This document shows, piece by piece, positions 38,760-55,215 of a DNA stretch of 64,000 nucleotides. Each line of letters opens with the position of its first letter. The first letter of the stretch is position 1. Source of the stretch: the human T2T-CHM13v2.0 reference genome, Homo sapiens; assembly GCF_009914755.1 (NCBI RefSeq), contig NC_060944.1; one strand, given 5' to 3'. The notes under the pieces are model-generated. The model was not told where the DNA came from. It did no database searches and saw only the letters and a list, made by a program, of their open reading frames with translations. Position numbers and translations under genes: made by a program.

Positions 38760-39618
38760 GTAATGTAGACTGTGCTGTGGGACAGTTCCCTGCCCAAGGT
38801 CTTGGGACCTCCTTTTTCCCATCTAAACTGGAAGAGGCGGGGTGGGAGGCAGATGTCCTCAGAGGGCCCCTCTAGTCTAACGGAGACACTGACCTCTGAC
38901 AAATCAAGTCAGAAAGTGAGACTGAGAATCTGTATGTGCCGAGATTGGTGGGGTGACCAGCTTCGTCCACATGAAGTAGAGTGTGGGACAAGCAATTGAA
39001 GACCACCCAGTACCTCATGGGAGGCCATCGGGTCAGTTCTGTAAGAACCCAGAGGGAAGAGGTCACTCAAGCTGGGGAGGTCGGGGGAGGGTGTGGGAGG
39101 GAGCTAAGGTGCCCACCCTGTACCCAGCACTGTGCTAGGTTGTTTCATGACAGTTATCTTGACTCGGGCCAGACCTCAGATGGGTGAGATACAGATAGTG
39201 AGAAGCAAGGAAGGCATTCCAGAGGGACAACGGCTGAATAAAGGAGCAGGGCTGGGATGTGTACGGACGGCCACAGGGCTTAGAAGGCCCACCTGATGGC
39301 CACGGAGGCCCCGCCTTGGAAAGCTGTGAGAAATGGCCCAGAAAGGTCATTTGGAGGCAAATCCTGAAGAGCCCTGGCTGCCAGGCCAGAATGTGGTCTT
39401 GATCCATTAGGCCAAGGCTGGAAATTCATGGAATGTTTCCGAGCAGCAGAGAGCCAGAGGGCAGGAGGTGACAGACATGGCAGGGGCAGGGCAGCCATTT
39501 CTGAGGTGGTTCTGGAGCGCGCCACTCATGAGGCCCAAATGAGGGAGGAGCCGTGCAGCTGAAGGGCAGGGGACAGCTGCCAGGAGAGTCAGAGGGCCTC
39601 AGAAGTGGCTGAATACTC

Positions 39619-39908
<290 letters not shown>

Positions 39909-40429
39909 AGAAGTGGCTGAATACTGAGAGGAGAAGGAAAGAGAGGGTCAACAGTGAGGCTAGGACTCCCTGTTGGGGACCTGGGAGGCAGAAGGTGATG
40001 AGGAGGGAGCCCCTCTGTGGTGCAGATGAGGAGCTCTGGGGAGCCAGCCAATGCAGAGCTGCCGGTAGGCCGAGGGAGGTCAGGGTTTCTGGCTCTGCTG
40101 CTCAGGTCCAGTGGGAGAGCCTCAGAGTCGGGTGTCACTGGTAGCAGGTTTGGGGAGTGGTAGTGCATATGCAAAGTCATGTAAGTGGCTGAGATCACCA
40201 GAGAGGAGAGAGGAGCAAGTCACATGAACAAAAGAGGGTGGGACTCGGAGCCCAGGCAGCAGAGGCAAGTTGTCCAGGATCTGTGACTGGCCTCAGGCTT
40301 CGTGCCCTTCCCAACTCTAACTGGGCCAAGGGGCTGAGGGCATCAGACTGTTTTCACCTGACACCCTGAAGATGGGCAAACGGCACTGAGTGACTGGGGA
40401 AGCTGATCCTGGGCTCCTCTTGGCCACAG

Positions 40430-40696
40430 GTGACAAGTATTGGGTGTTTAAGGAGGTGACGGTGGAGCCTGGGTACCCCCACAGCCTGGGGGAGCTGGGC
40501 AGCTGTTTGCCCCGTGAAGGCATTGACACAGCTCTGCGCTGGGAACCTGTGGGCAAGACCTACTTTTTCAAAGGCGAGCGGTACTGGCGCTACAGCGAGG
40601 AGCGGCGGGCCACGGACCCTGGCTACCCTAAGCCCATCACCGTGTGGAAGGGCATCCCACAGGCTCCCCAAGGAGCCTTCATCAGCAAGGAAGGAT
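40430..40696 (+). CDS. MMP24: MMP24 exon 8, hemopexin repeats
   Basis: DKYWVFKE...IDTALRWEPVGKTYFFKGERYWRY...; cacag / T|gtacgt; 267 nt. Confidence 0.96.
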
Positions 40697-41095
40697 GTAC
40701 GTAAGGGCCGGGCCAGGGTGGGCATGGGGAGCCGGTTTTATGTGGTCCTCACCAGTGCCCACGGGCATACTCAGTGCCCATGGGCGTCCAGGTTTGAAAA
40801 AACACCTGGTGGCAGACAACTGCCTCATATCTACCCATGTTCACGTGGTCCATTAATTCACTTACCAGCTGCCAAGTCACACTTTTTCATCTGCAGGAAT
40901 GATTCACGGCAGAGAGACGTTGTCATAGACTGACTTCATTCCTTCAGACAGCATTTCTCAAACACTTATCCTCAGTGTACTCCAGGGACGCCTTGAGTTA
41001 CCCAATCTGAAAAGCAATGATGGGCATGCATGTTTCAAAGCCACTTTTTCACAGGGCTCGAGGGCAAGAAGATGGAAAGAAAACCTTCAAAAAAA

Positions 41096-41417
<322 letters not shown>

Positions 41418-41997
41418 TGAACTCCTCCTAGAAGCCATGCTGGCCACCAGCCCCCACGACTGCCATCAGACACTCAGCCTGTCTCCCCACCAGCCTAGGA
41501 GCTTCTCAGGAGGAGCTGCTAGCCTGGCCAGATGCAGAGTGGGCCTCCAGGAGTGTTTGTTAAATAGATCTCCATTGATATGGTCAAAAACACAGACTCT
41601 AGAGCTGGACTGGCTGGGTTCGTAACCACCATAGTACCACTCACTATGAATCTGAGCAAATCTTTAATAAGTTTTCTGTTTTCTCATTTATAAAATGATA
41701 ATAACAGTACCTACCTTTATATAATGGTTTTGTGAGGATTAAAGAAGACAAATTATGTAGCATACTTAGAAATAATGCCTAGCACACCATCCATGCTGTA
41801 TATTTTAGCTGCTATCGTCATCATCATTGTCATCATCATGGGTTTCAGTTTATGTGGATTGACAGGATTCATTCACTCACTCCATAATAATAGACAGCTT
41901 GTGTGGTGGGAGCTGGGGACGTAGCAGTCAACAGGACTTGCAGACGTCCAAGTCTAGGGGCATAAAGCAAGATGGCAACAGACGCTATAAGGGAAAG

Positions 41998-42272
<275 letters not shown>

Positions 42273-43133
42273 GGAAATAAATGCTGGGAGAGAGCAACGA
42301 GCTAGAGGGGGCCGTGTTAGAGATGGCTGGGAAGGAGTCTCTGAGGAGGCTTCACTGCTGAGAAAGCCAATGGCCACAGCTGCTATTTGTTGGCTGTCTT
42401 GTATACCTGATGCTTTACGCACAAGATCTCCCTTTTTGGGGAGCCTCAGAGACAGGTGACATCAAGGACCGAGACCAATGAAAGCCCTAGCCACGGTGGG
42501 AAGCCAGCCAATGAGGACGGCCTAAGCAAGCTGCTTTGCCCACTGGCTGGGCCGCTCAGGCTGTTGCTCGAGCCCTGGGGTGGTTGCCCAGGGAGTGATT
42601 GGCAGGGCTGCCCAGCCTCTCTCCCAGAAGGCTCCCAAAGGTCCTGCATCTGTGTTGTGAAGTGATGTGTGCCAAGCCAAAAAAATCCATAATTGCAGAG
42701 AGGTCTTGCTGTCAACACAAGGTGAAATCTTGCTCCCTGCCTCCCTTGGCTCAAGCAGGAGCCAGGCTGAGGCTTAATGGAGCCCACATGAGCGGGGCAA
42801 GGGGGACCTGTGCGCACAGTGTGACAGAGCTGTGACCCAGGCTTGCGTGCAAGGGGTCCTGTCTGGGCAGCACAAAGTGAACCATGTCCCAGTTCTCCCT
42901 GAAGCCCCTCTGGTTTCCTAGCACCCGTAGGATGACAGGCGGACCACTCCAGGTCCCGGGTGCCCCCCTCTGCAGCTTCTTACTCCATGACTCAGCCAAG
43001 CACTGCACCCCAAACCTCCAGGTGTGCCCACCTTGCCTCCCTTGCCACAGTGCCTGTGCCCTCCTTTTCACACTGCCCCAGAGCAGGTGCCGGAAGTGTC
43101 TGGGAGTGGTGATGCTGGGCTGTATTTCTGCAG

Positions 43134-43471
43134 ATTACACCTATTTCTACAAGGGCCGGGACTACTGGAAGTTTGACAACCAGAAACTGAGCGTGGAGCC
43201 AGGCTACCCGCGCAACATCCTGCGTGACTGGATGGGCTGCAACCAGAAGGAGGTGGAGCGGCGGAAGGAGCGGCGGCTGCCCCAGGACGACGTGGACATC
43301 ATGGTGACCATCAACGATGTGCCGGGCTCCGTGAACGCCGTGGCCGTGGTCATCCCCTGCATCCTGTCCCTCTGCATCCTGGTGCTGGTCTACACCATCT
43401 TCCAGTTCAAGAACAAGACAGGCCCTCAGCCTGTCACCTACTATAAGCGGCCAGTCCAGGAATGGGTGTGA
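43134..43471 (+). CDS. MMP24: MMP24 exon 9 coding part: last hemopexin blade, RRKERR stem site, TM helix, cytoplasmic tail ending EWV
   Basis: YTYFYKGRDYWKFDNQ...DWMGC...VAVVIPCILSLCILVLVYTIF...RPVQEWV*; ctgcag acceptor. Confidence 0.97.
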
Positions 43472-45233
43472 GCAGCCCAGAGCCCTCTCTATCCACTTGG
43501 TCTGGCCAGCCAGGCCCTTCCTCACCAGGGTCTGAGGGGCAGCTCTGGCCAGTGCTCACCAGGGCCAGCAGGGCCCTAGGCTGGGGTCGTACAGCTGAAG
43601 TGGTGGGTGCATTGGCCTAGGCTGAGCGTGGGGCAGGGAATTATGGGGGCTGTGCCCCAGGGTGGGTGTCTGGCACCCAGCTGCCAGCCTTCTGTCCTGG
43701 GCAAACTACTCCCTACTTAAGGGAATAGGCCAGGCTCCATCCGGAGGCAGGGACCATGCCAGGAGGAGCCCCTGTGGTCACGGCATCCTGTGGTGTCCAT
43801 GAGGTACCACAGCTCCACTCCTGGCTGGAACCCAGCACCCTCTGTGGGAAGCCAGCACTAGCTCTCATCCCCCATCCGGGAGATACCACCAGTCCTGGTC
43901 CCCTTTTGCCAACACCTGCTGGTCAGATGTCCCCCTACCCCCACCCCACTGTCCTCCAAGGCTACAGGACCCCTGCTTCTGACACAGTGAGCAACAAGCC
44001 TGGGTTTCCCTGCTGGCAGACGGCAGATCCCTCAGGAAACCTGCTCCACTTGTCAGGGTCTCTTCGGAGACCCAGGATTTAGGGTCACATGCTGCAGGCA
44101 GGGCTGTGGCCCAGCTGGGTCTGACAAGGACCCAGCTGTCACATCGTGAATATTTAAATGTCCTGTCACTACTGTCCCATTTTGCAAAGGCTGCTTGAGG
44201 CTTTAGGTGAACTAGAGGTGACTGTCTTGGTGATGAGGCCAGCATAGCGGCCCTCCCCCAGGCGACAAGGACCAAGGTGCTGCTAAGGCCACTCTAGCGC
44301 CCAGACACCCCAGTAGCTGAGCTCTGCTCCTATGGCTACAGAGCTGGGGCAGAAGCTGACCCCATTTCTGGAGGAAGATCCGAGTTTGTGACCGTCCTCC
44401 ACTCCCCTCTATTGTCACTGTCCCCAGCTTTGCTCCAGTCTGTCACTTGCAGCCTGGAGCTCAGCCTCACCAGTTAGGTGAGGCAGAGATGGCTGCAGGG
44501 CCAACACTGGCAGAGCCTGGGAGTCCTTCGGAAGGGGACCAGGGCGTCTGAAGTGCTCAGTGCCCCCACTACTCTGAGGCCGACTCCAGCTACTCTGAGG
44601 CCGACTCAATCTCTCGGCTGGAAGCAGTGTTTTCCCAGAGCTTGGCCCTTGCTGACCTCGCTCACTGGGCCCATCTTCCCACACTGCTCTTAGAAGGACA
44701 CCCCTACCGGTAGCAGCCCCAAGCTGAGGGGGCTCCCTTTTTGACCTTCACTGGCCCGCCCTTCACTGTCTCCAGCAGGAGTTCCTAGGGCTTGGCCTGC
44801 CTTGCTCCACAGTACGGCGGAGGCAGCCCTGCTTGTCACTGAGGAGCCCTAGACAAGGCCAATGGGTTCATCAATGCCCACTGGCTCTCTGCCAAAGCCA
44901 AAAAGGTGTCAGGCAGTCTCCAGCGTGCTGGCCGGGTCTCGGATGCCACCCCTGCTCACTGAGCCTGCATGGGCCTTGCCCCCGACCCTGTGGTCTCTGG
45001 GATTGGGGTCGGCTTACCCTGTAGCACAGACAGGGACTCCTGCTGCCCTGGGAGCTGTCTCAAGCAAAATCTCTTGTCCCAGAGGTGCCCATGTGGGTCC
45101 GCTGTGTCCCCTGTCATCATCCTTGTTTTTTCTCATTTTGGCCAAGGGCAGGCTCCCTGGGACAGGCAGGGAACAACTGCGGAGATATTAGTGATTCATA
45201 GGTTTGTACAGTGTTTTATACTTTGCAAAGCAC

Positions 45234-45239
45234 TTTATT
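45234..45239 (-). terminator. Probable MMP24OS polyadenylation signal
   Basis: tttatt on + strand = AATAAA on - strand; first canonical signal I found downstream of the MMP24OS stop. Confidence 0.6.
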
Positions 45240-45841
45240 AGCTCACACCTGTCCACTCACATGAAACTCGTGTTAGGCCCTGGGAGGCCGACGGTAACTC
45301 TCACCGTGCCCTCAGATGAAGCACAGAGAGGTTGTTACTTGCCCGGGCCATCCAGTGGGCTGGCTGGGTCTTGTGTCCCCATCTGTGGACCCCTCTAGGG
45401 TCTGAGATGAGATGAGAAGTGTCTCCTGTATCCACCTCTTCCTGGCCTCCCTTCCCCCACTTCCTGGTCCCTGTCCACTCCTCAGGTTGGTGCTCTCACT
45501 TCTTGAAAGCTCTAGGCACCCCCGCCTCCCGCCAGGCTCCCCATTGGCTCCTGGCAGGCCAGCTGAGAATGAACAGGAGATGGAGGCAGGCAGCCCAGGC
45601 TGCAGAGGTGAGGGATGTGGGGCCAGGCCCAGAGGGCTCAGCCTAGAGGCTTCCAATCTCAGATTCTCCTGCCTGTGGTCATCTGTTTGTCCATCACCCC
45701 AGGACAGGGCAGACAGAGGGGCAAAGCACTGGGGGCCCCAGAGCCTAGCTTCCCCTCAGCCTGGGGGACATCACAGCATTTCAGTGTCAGTCACATTTTA
45801 AACTGATCAGCCTTTGTATAATGTTTTTTAAATCATTTCTA

Positions 45842-45847
45842 AATAAA
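45842..45847 (+). terminator. MMP24 polyadenylation signal
   Basis: AATAAA preceded by TGTA and T-rich sequence; a second + strand AATAAA is at 46205-46210. Confidence 0.75.
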
Positions 45848-46399
45848 ACAGAAATACAGAGTGTGTCATTTCCCTGGGATGAGGGAACAAAGATCAGGTT
45901 CCAAGAGTAACCTTAGGACGCTCTGGGAAGAGAACCGGGTCCTTTGGGGTGTCTGGGAGCTGCCCACCCATCTCCTCTGCCAGACCGGCGGTCAGATAGC
46001 CTCCCTCTACAACAGGCTGGCCCTGGGGGCCCAGGGTTATTGGGGTTCCAGGAACACAGCCTGATGATGCCTCCTTACGATCCAGGATGGAGAGCAGCCC
46101 CCCCAGGAGTATGGGGAGGGTCACTGTGGCACGGGCTTCTCCATGACCTGGGACATGACCTGGGACACATAGTCAAGAGCACGGTTATCAGCAATACAGA
46201 TATTAATAAAAGGCAGACGAAGTCAGGAGGTCAGCAACTTTGCGGGCTTACCAGGAGGCCTGTCCTGCCTCTGGAAGCCAGCGACAGAGAGGGATGCCCC
46301 CGACCCAGCCAGCCGGAGAAAGGGATGGGGTGGTCACGAAGGTCTGAGCTGGGTCTGGGTGTAGGCTGGGAAGCAGGCTGGGGTGTAGACTGCGAAGGC

Positions 46400-47328
<929 letters not shown>

Positions 47329-47330
<2 letters not shown>

Positions 47331-47572
47331 CCGGGCGCCGTGGCTCACGCCTGTAATCCCAACACTTTGGGAGGCCGAGGCGGTGGGTCGCTTGAGTTCA
47401 GGAGTATAAACCAGCCTGGGCAACACAGTGACTTCGTTTCTACAAAAAAATAAACGAGGCGAGAGGATCGCTTGAGCCCAACAGGTCAAGGCTACAGTGA
47501 GCCATCCTTGCGTCACAACACTCCAGCCTGGGTGACAGAGGGAGACACTGCCTCAAAAAGAAAAAAGAAAAA
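47329..47572 (+). mobile_element. Alu with internal deletion between the EIF6 3' end and the MMP24OS promoter
   Basis: Alu consensus lacking the start of the right arm. Confidence 0.8.
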
Positions 47573-47799
47573 AGGAGAACTGTAGTGGAGAGTGTTTCTT
47601 GCCCCAGGATGAAGCCTCACATCCTGATGGTAGAGGAGAAGGGAATGGCGTGTGTGGAGGTGGTGAACTGGGTTGGGTGTGTGTTGTGTTCATCCCACCC
47701 TATCTTCCCAGAATGCTGGAACAACTGGAGAGTGCAGGGATTGTACACAGGCTGAGGGCCCCAAACATCACATTCAGAATGGCCCGGAGGGAACTGCAC

Positions 47800-47805
47800 T
47801 TTAAT
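47800..47805 (-). terminator. EIF6 polyadenylation signal (ATTAAA variant)
   Basis: tttaat on + strand, ~250 nt after the EIF6 stop, followed on - strand by GT-rich tgtgatgtttgg. Confidence 0.7.
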
Positions 47806-48058
47806 GGGGTGGCACAGGACAGCAGAACCCTCAGCCAGCAGCCACAGGGCCTGCCAGCCAGCACAACAGAGCAGGTTTTTGCAGTAATGATAGATCCAGG
47901 CGATAAGCACAGGTGGAAAAGGGTTGGGTGCCCAGCCCCTCAGTCCCAGTGAGCTCTCTGCCACCTCCCTGCCAGCATCCGGTACAGATTGGGCGGAATG
48001 TGGAGAAGGTTGGCCACAGTCCAGAGCCAGGAGCCCATGGAACAACTTGGAAGGTGAC

Positions 48059-48068
48059 TCAGGTGAGG
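48059..48068 (-). CDS. EIF6: EIF6 last exon, coding part (S-L-T-stop)
   Basis: ttctcttcag|C CTC ACC TGA; completes a 738-nt CDS = 245 aa. Confidence 0.92.
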
Positions 48069-48427
48069 CTGAAGAGAAAGGAAAGCGCACGGTCAGTAGC
48101 TGTTTCACAGAGCCCACCTCACTCTCAAGTGAGGTGCCTGCCTCAGCCCTCATCCCGGGACCAGCTCTGACAAGCTGCTCAAGCAGCTACTGCTCTAGTA
48201 TCCTAGCCCTGAAAAACCACAAAGATGAGGATTAGCAGATGCTCAAGAAATATTTTTTGAATATGCTGGCTCTTATCTGCTCAGCAGTGTACAGATATGC
48301 TCTCACACTCGAGAAGCTACCAGAACAAACTGGTAGGCTCCCATTCTAGATGACATCTTTTCCCCATACTCTCAAAATGCAAGTTAACCCCCAACCCTGA
48401 GCAGAAGAAAGGAGAGGCCCCAGGTAC

Positions 48428-48609
48428 CTGTCAATGAGGGAATCCCGCATGCTGGTGGCAATGGTGCTAGGCTGGGCTTCATTCAGCTTGAAGACACTCT
48501 CCACCACTGACAGCTCTGTGCTGGTTGTGTCCAGGCCACAGAAGGCACACCAGTCATTCACCACCATCCCAGCAGCAATCACCTCACTGCCTCGGTTCAC
48601 AGTCCCCGC
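48428..48609 (-). CDS. EIF6: EIF6 exon 6
   Basis: [42 protein letters not shown]...DSLID; canonical AG/GT. Confidence 0.96.
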
Positions 48610-48803
48610 CTGCCAAGGGATGGGCTCAATGTGAGTCACGGCACCAAATTCTCTCCCTCCTCAATGAAGACTCTCCCCAAACCCTGCTCCTCCCTGACCT
48701 GCAGCCCCAGTCCCAAACTGTGGCAGGTAATGACCCAGACTCCCAAACACTAGGCAAAAGGATCTGCCTCGGGAGACGGGGTTCAGAGGACAGGAATGCT
48801 TAC

Positions 48804-48980
48804 CACAAGGGGGACTTGAAGAAGAGAGGACAGCTCATCCTGGTCTTCAATTGAAGTCTTGGGATGCACCAGCCCTCCCTGATTGCTGAAGACACAGTAG
48901 CTTCCTACTAGCACCTGGTCGGCCACTGTCTGTCTGAAGACTTCCACCTTGAGCACATCTGCCAGAATTTCTTCTGTCTC
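48804..48980 (-). CDS. EIF6: EIF6 exon 5
   Basis: [59 protein letters not shown]; gacag / GTG|gtaagc; phase 0-0. Confidence 0.96.
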
Positions 48981-49515
48981 CTGTCAATCAAAGATATTGT
49001 GTTCAGGGCTCAGAACTTACAGCCCCAGAACCAAGGTTCTCCATGCCCAGAAGCATCCAGGCCTTGGCTCCCTGAGCCCCTCATTTCTCCTCTGTACCTC
49101 ATATGAAAGCCTCACCCAGAGAAAGGAGGAAGTACAGCTTAGAGCAGAGTCAAGGGCAGCTGTGAAGCCCCTAATATTCATGCATGCCCTGAACAGCTGG
49201 AGGCTGGTCTCAATATCACTTCTTTCCCCTCTCACCCACAGTCAAAAGTTCAACAGTCAATCACCTATCCTGGCCCAGGATGCAGGACTGGATGGTTCAA
49301 TCTCCCCAATCATGAAGGATTCATACCCTCCCCAGCTTCTTTCTGACACTTGATAAGGCCTCTGTTATCACTATTCCAATGAGTACCTGAAACTCAAGAG
49401 CCCATATAGAAAAACCACAGGAGAGACCCCTAATTGCTGCCTGTTGGGAAAGAACAGTGGCTAACCACTGACTAGGATGGCCCTGTGACTCTTGGGTCAA
49501 GTTGGGCTGCCTCAC

Positions 49516-49691
49516 CCTGTCCAAGTCTGGGTGGACCAAGGCCACGTAGTCATTGCAGGTGGTGACATTGCCCAAGGCTGAGAGCCGCTCCTCCACCCGC
49601 CTAATCTGCACTGTGTCTGGGAGGCTGTTGCGAATGTGTTGCAGCTCCTGGTCGGTGGTATTGTTGGGTACCAGGAGACCGTGCCTGTTCC
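49516..49691 (-). CDS. EIF6: EIF6 exon 4
   Basis: [26 protein letters not shown]...ALVHPDLDR; 176 nt. Confidence 0.96.
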
Positions 49692-49961
49692 CTGGAGAAA
49701 CCCAAATTAGAGGGTGAATACACAAGATGCCTGCTGAGCCCTAGGGGCTGAGGATACCACTCAGCCCAGCCCAATCAGCTTTCCCAGGAAAGCTTTAGGC
49801 CCAGAGCCCAGCCCTCCAACCCACTGATCTGGAAAACACCCAGGGCAGGCCAGAGACCACCCAGGAATCCCAATAAATCCTGCCTACTTCACCATCACCA
49901 ACTGGGAGGGAAGCTGAGCTCTTGGCATTAGCTGTATATTTTGCTACTTAAAAACTGAGCT

Positions 49962-52677
<2,716 letters not shown>

Positions 52678-53036
52678 GAGAAAAATCCTTCTCCAACACT
52701 AGGAACTAGGTGTGGAACTTACTGAGTCACTTAGGTCAAGTCTCAACTTCCTCATCAGTCAAGTTAGGCCAGTAACTCCTACCTTCTAGTGTCTTTGTGA
52801 CGAAGGAATGAGAACAGGAGTGAAAGCACTTTACATTATTTGTTATTACTATTATCCAGCAGCCTTTGCTAGAGGGTTGCCCCGATCTCCTGACGCTTGG
52901 CCTGAGAGATTCTATAGTGCCCAGAGATAACAGATGATACCCTGGGAATCCCTAGGTCACTCCGGGTTCCCTCCGGGGGTGTAATTAATGGTGCTTGGAG
53001 ACCACTCCCTCCCTCGGCGTCCTCCACCTGCCTTAC

Positions 53037-53122
53037 CCACACACATGCGCCCGATGATGCGGCAGCCGGCGATAGACGCGTGCACCACGGGGATGGTATC
53101 GGAGAGCTCGCCCTCGAACACA
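53037..53122 (-). CDS. EIF6: EIF6 exon 3
   Basis: [28 protein letters not shown]; ctacag / G|gtaagg; 86 nt. Confidence 0.96.
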
Positions 53123-53241
53123 CTGTAGGGACATGGACTCGGTGGTGGCGGGGCAGAGGGGCCGGCACCCTCCCACTGCCGGAGCTCTTGACTCCTGCGC
53201 ACGCCTCCCCGCCACCGTAAGCCCCGGGGCTCCCGCCGCAC

Positions 53242-53348
53242 CTGTAGAAGTTCTCTGAGCCTCCGATCGCTACCAGACAGTAGGTGTTGGTGAGCTTGGC
53301 AAAGCAGCCGATCTCACAGTTGTTCTCGAACGAAGCTCGGACCGCCAT
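53242..53348 (-). CDS. EIF6: EIF6 exon 2, coding start
   Basis: [35 protein letters not shown]; exon begins at 53353 after ccctag; AG|gtgcgg donor. Confidence 0.97.
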
Positions 53349-53586
53349 GAGGCCTAGGGGCGGCGGAGGCGGGAGTTCAAGGCCGGCGGATCCTTTCCCA
53401 AGTATCCCGGCCTCCGTCCCTCAGGCCCCGCCGCGACCCCGCCCCTCTCGGCCTCCCGGCCCCTCCGTCCTCGGGTCCCGCCCACTGGGCCCCCACCAGA
53501 ACCTCCGGCCCTGAATCCTCTGGCCCCCACCCCTCCCGACCCAGGACCGGAGCTGACCCTCCCAGGTTCCCCTCACACCAGCTTAC

Positions 53587-53660
53587 CAAGTAACCAGTAA
53601 CAAGCTCCGCACGCGGCGACTGTACCTTGGACTCCCTAAAAAGGTTTCCGTTTCCACTTC
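53587..53660 (-). other. EIF6: EIF6 non-coding exon 1 (5' boundary approximate)
   Basis: TTG|gtaagc donor at 53586 within the CpG island, directly downstream of an ETS motif cluster. Confidence 0.7.
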
Positions 53661-54109
53661 CGTCCAGGGAGACTTCCGGGAGAGCCCGGCGCTCCCCGCC
53701 ACGCATCCAGCCCCTCTACCTCCGGCCTCCGGCGGACTCTATGGTCGCGAGCGGTCTGGGCGCGACCCCGCCTGGCCCCACGCCTAGCCTGCTCGCGTTC
53801 ATTCATTCATTATTCATTCAGGAGCTTTTTAGGAGCTGTCATCGACCTAGACCTCCGGCTGGTCGGTTGTGAGGCATGAGGGAGAGGAGGGGCCAGGAGT
53901 GTCTCGCGGAAGGGTTGATGATGGAGGTATTGATGGAAATGAAGCCGGAGGAAGGGCAGGTTTGGGGAAAGGGATGAGTCCAGCTGTGCCTTGAGGGACA
54001 GAAGTCCATGTCTGGAGCCCAGCAGGGGAGTGGAGTGCTGACGAATGAGATGAGGGGCTGAAGACGGGTGGACTAGAAGAGGCTACCCATGGAGAGAGTT
54101 CCAGGAGGC

Positions 54110-54620
54110 AGAAGTGCGGCCAGACCGAGGCTGGAGAAAGAGCGCAGCCAGAGACGGAAAGGCAGCCAGGCTGCAGGTGCTGGAGAGAGGGGAGGACTGA
54201 GGAAGCAGGGGCTCAGGAAAAGGCTGGAAAGGGGTCCAGGGTGGGCAAGGATGTGGGTGCTGGTTGGCTTCCACGATGTGCCTCTCGCACGGCCTCTATC
54301 ACTCACTCAGCAGCCAACTTCTGTCCCCAGGATAGTGATGGGGGCCAAGGGCCCTGCTGCACACTTGGACAGGATGAACTTGGCCCACATTTTGTAGAAT
54401 CTGCAAAAGCCCCGGGTTCTCTCAAAATGTCACAGTGGTAACTTGGAGCCCCTGGACTCCCCCAATTCCTCCTTCGGCATTCACCCTCCTCCAGGGGTTT
54501 CCCCATAATTGGCCTGAATGGTGCCCTTCCCATTCCCCCAACGTGTCCCTCCCATAACTCCTCAAAGTTCAGGATACACCAGGCGCTGTGATTCACAATA
54601 AAGTCTGCCTTTATTGATGT
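54110..54620 (+). ncRNA. FAM83C-AS1: Probable short lncRNA divergent from the EIF6 promoter (FAM83C-AS1 region)
   Basis: Sequence support is only the + strand AATAAA at 54597-54602 downstream of the EIF6 CpG island; name and start are from recollection of the locus. Confidence 0.45.
54610..54615 (-). terminator. FAM83C polyadenylation signal
   Basis: tttatt on + strand, ~780 nt after the FAM83C stop. Confidence 0.75.
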
Positions 54621-54699
54621 GTATCATGTTTACTATCCCGGGTAAGTGGTGAGTTCAGGAAAATGGCCCACAACCTGTCACAGCCTGTACTTCAAGAGA

Positions 54700-54810
54700 C
54701 ACTCAGCAAGATGATGACGACGACAATGATGATGATGATGATGATGACTCAGCAAGATGATGACGACGACAATGATGATGATGATAATGATGATGTGTGT
54801 GTGTGTGTGT
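54700..54810 (+). repeat. Duplicated (GAT/GAC)n block plus (GT)n in the FAM83C 3'UTR
   Basis: actcagcaagatgatgacgacgacaat(gat)n twice, then (gt)8. Confidence 0.9.
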
Positions 54811-55212
54811 TTCCGGGTATCCACATACTCTGCTCTTCCTCACTCATTCACCTCAGACCCACTCAGTCCTCTTTAGGGCATCTCTTTCACCTGATTCTCT
54901 CTACCAAAAATTTTTCTAACTCTCTCCTCCCTCTGTCCAAAACCTCCCCATCCTTCAGGGCCTGGCTCAAAGGCCACCTCCATCTCCTCTAAGAAAGTTT
55001 TCTGACTACTCCACCTTCTCCAGGACTCTCTGCCCTTTGTTTTCTAACACCCTCTGTAACTGGTTAACCTTTAACTTGATATGGCTCTGACCCCTTCTCC
55101 AGCAGCTTGTGCATTTCACCTCTGTCCCCAGGTCTGAGTGTGACCCACCTGTCAGCTCTACAGGCCCAGCACAGGGCTGGAAACACAGCCTAGATTCAAG
55201 AAGATACTAGTT

Positions 55213-55215
<3 letters not shown>

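Larger units (their letters stand above)
43472..45865 (+). other. MMP24: MMP24 3'UTR
   Basis: Largely repeat-free stretch after the stop codon ending at AATAAA 45842-45847 with a U-rich upstream element; end position approximate. Confidence 0.75.
53050..53910. promoter_or_regulatory. CpG island / TATA-less EIF6 promoter with tandem ETS (GABP-type) sites
   Basis: ACTTCCG 53656-53662, ACTTCCGG 53672-53679, TTTCCG 53645-53650; dense CpG. Confidence 0.8.

Noticed and set aside
44521-44540. Possible UUCG hairpin in the MMP24 3'UTR
   Set aside because: Stem too short and imperfect to support a structured element
54663-54992. ORF with poly-Met/poly-Asp runs
   Set aside because: Translation of the (GAT)n microsatellite antisense to the FAM83C 3'UTR
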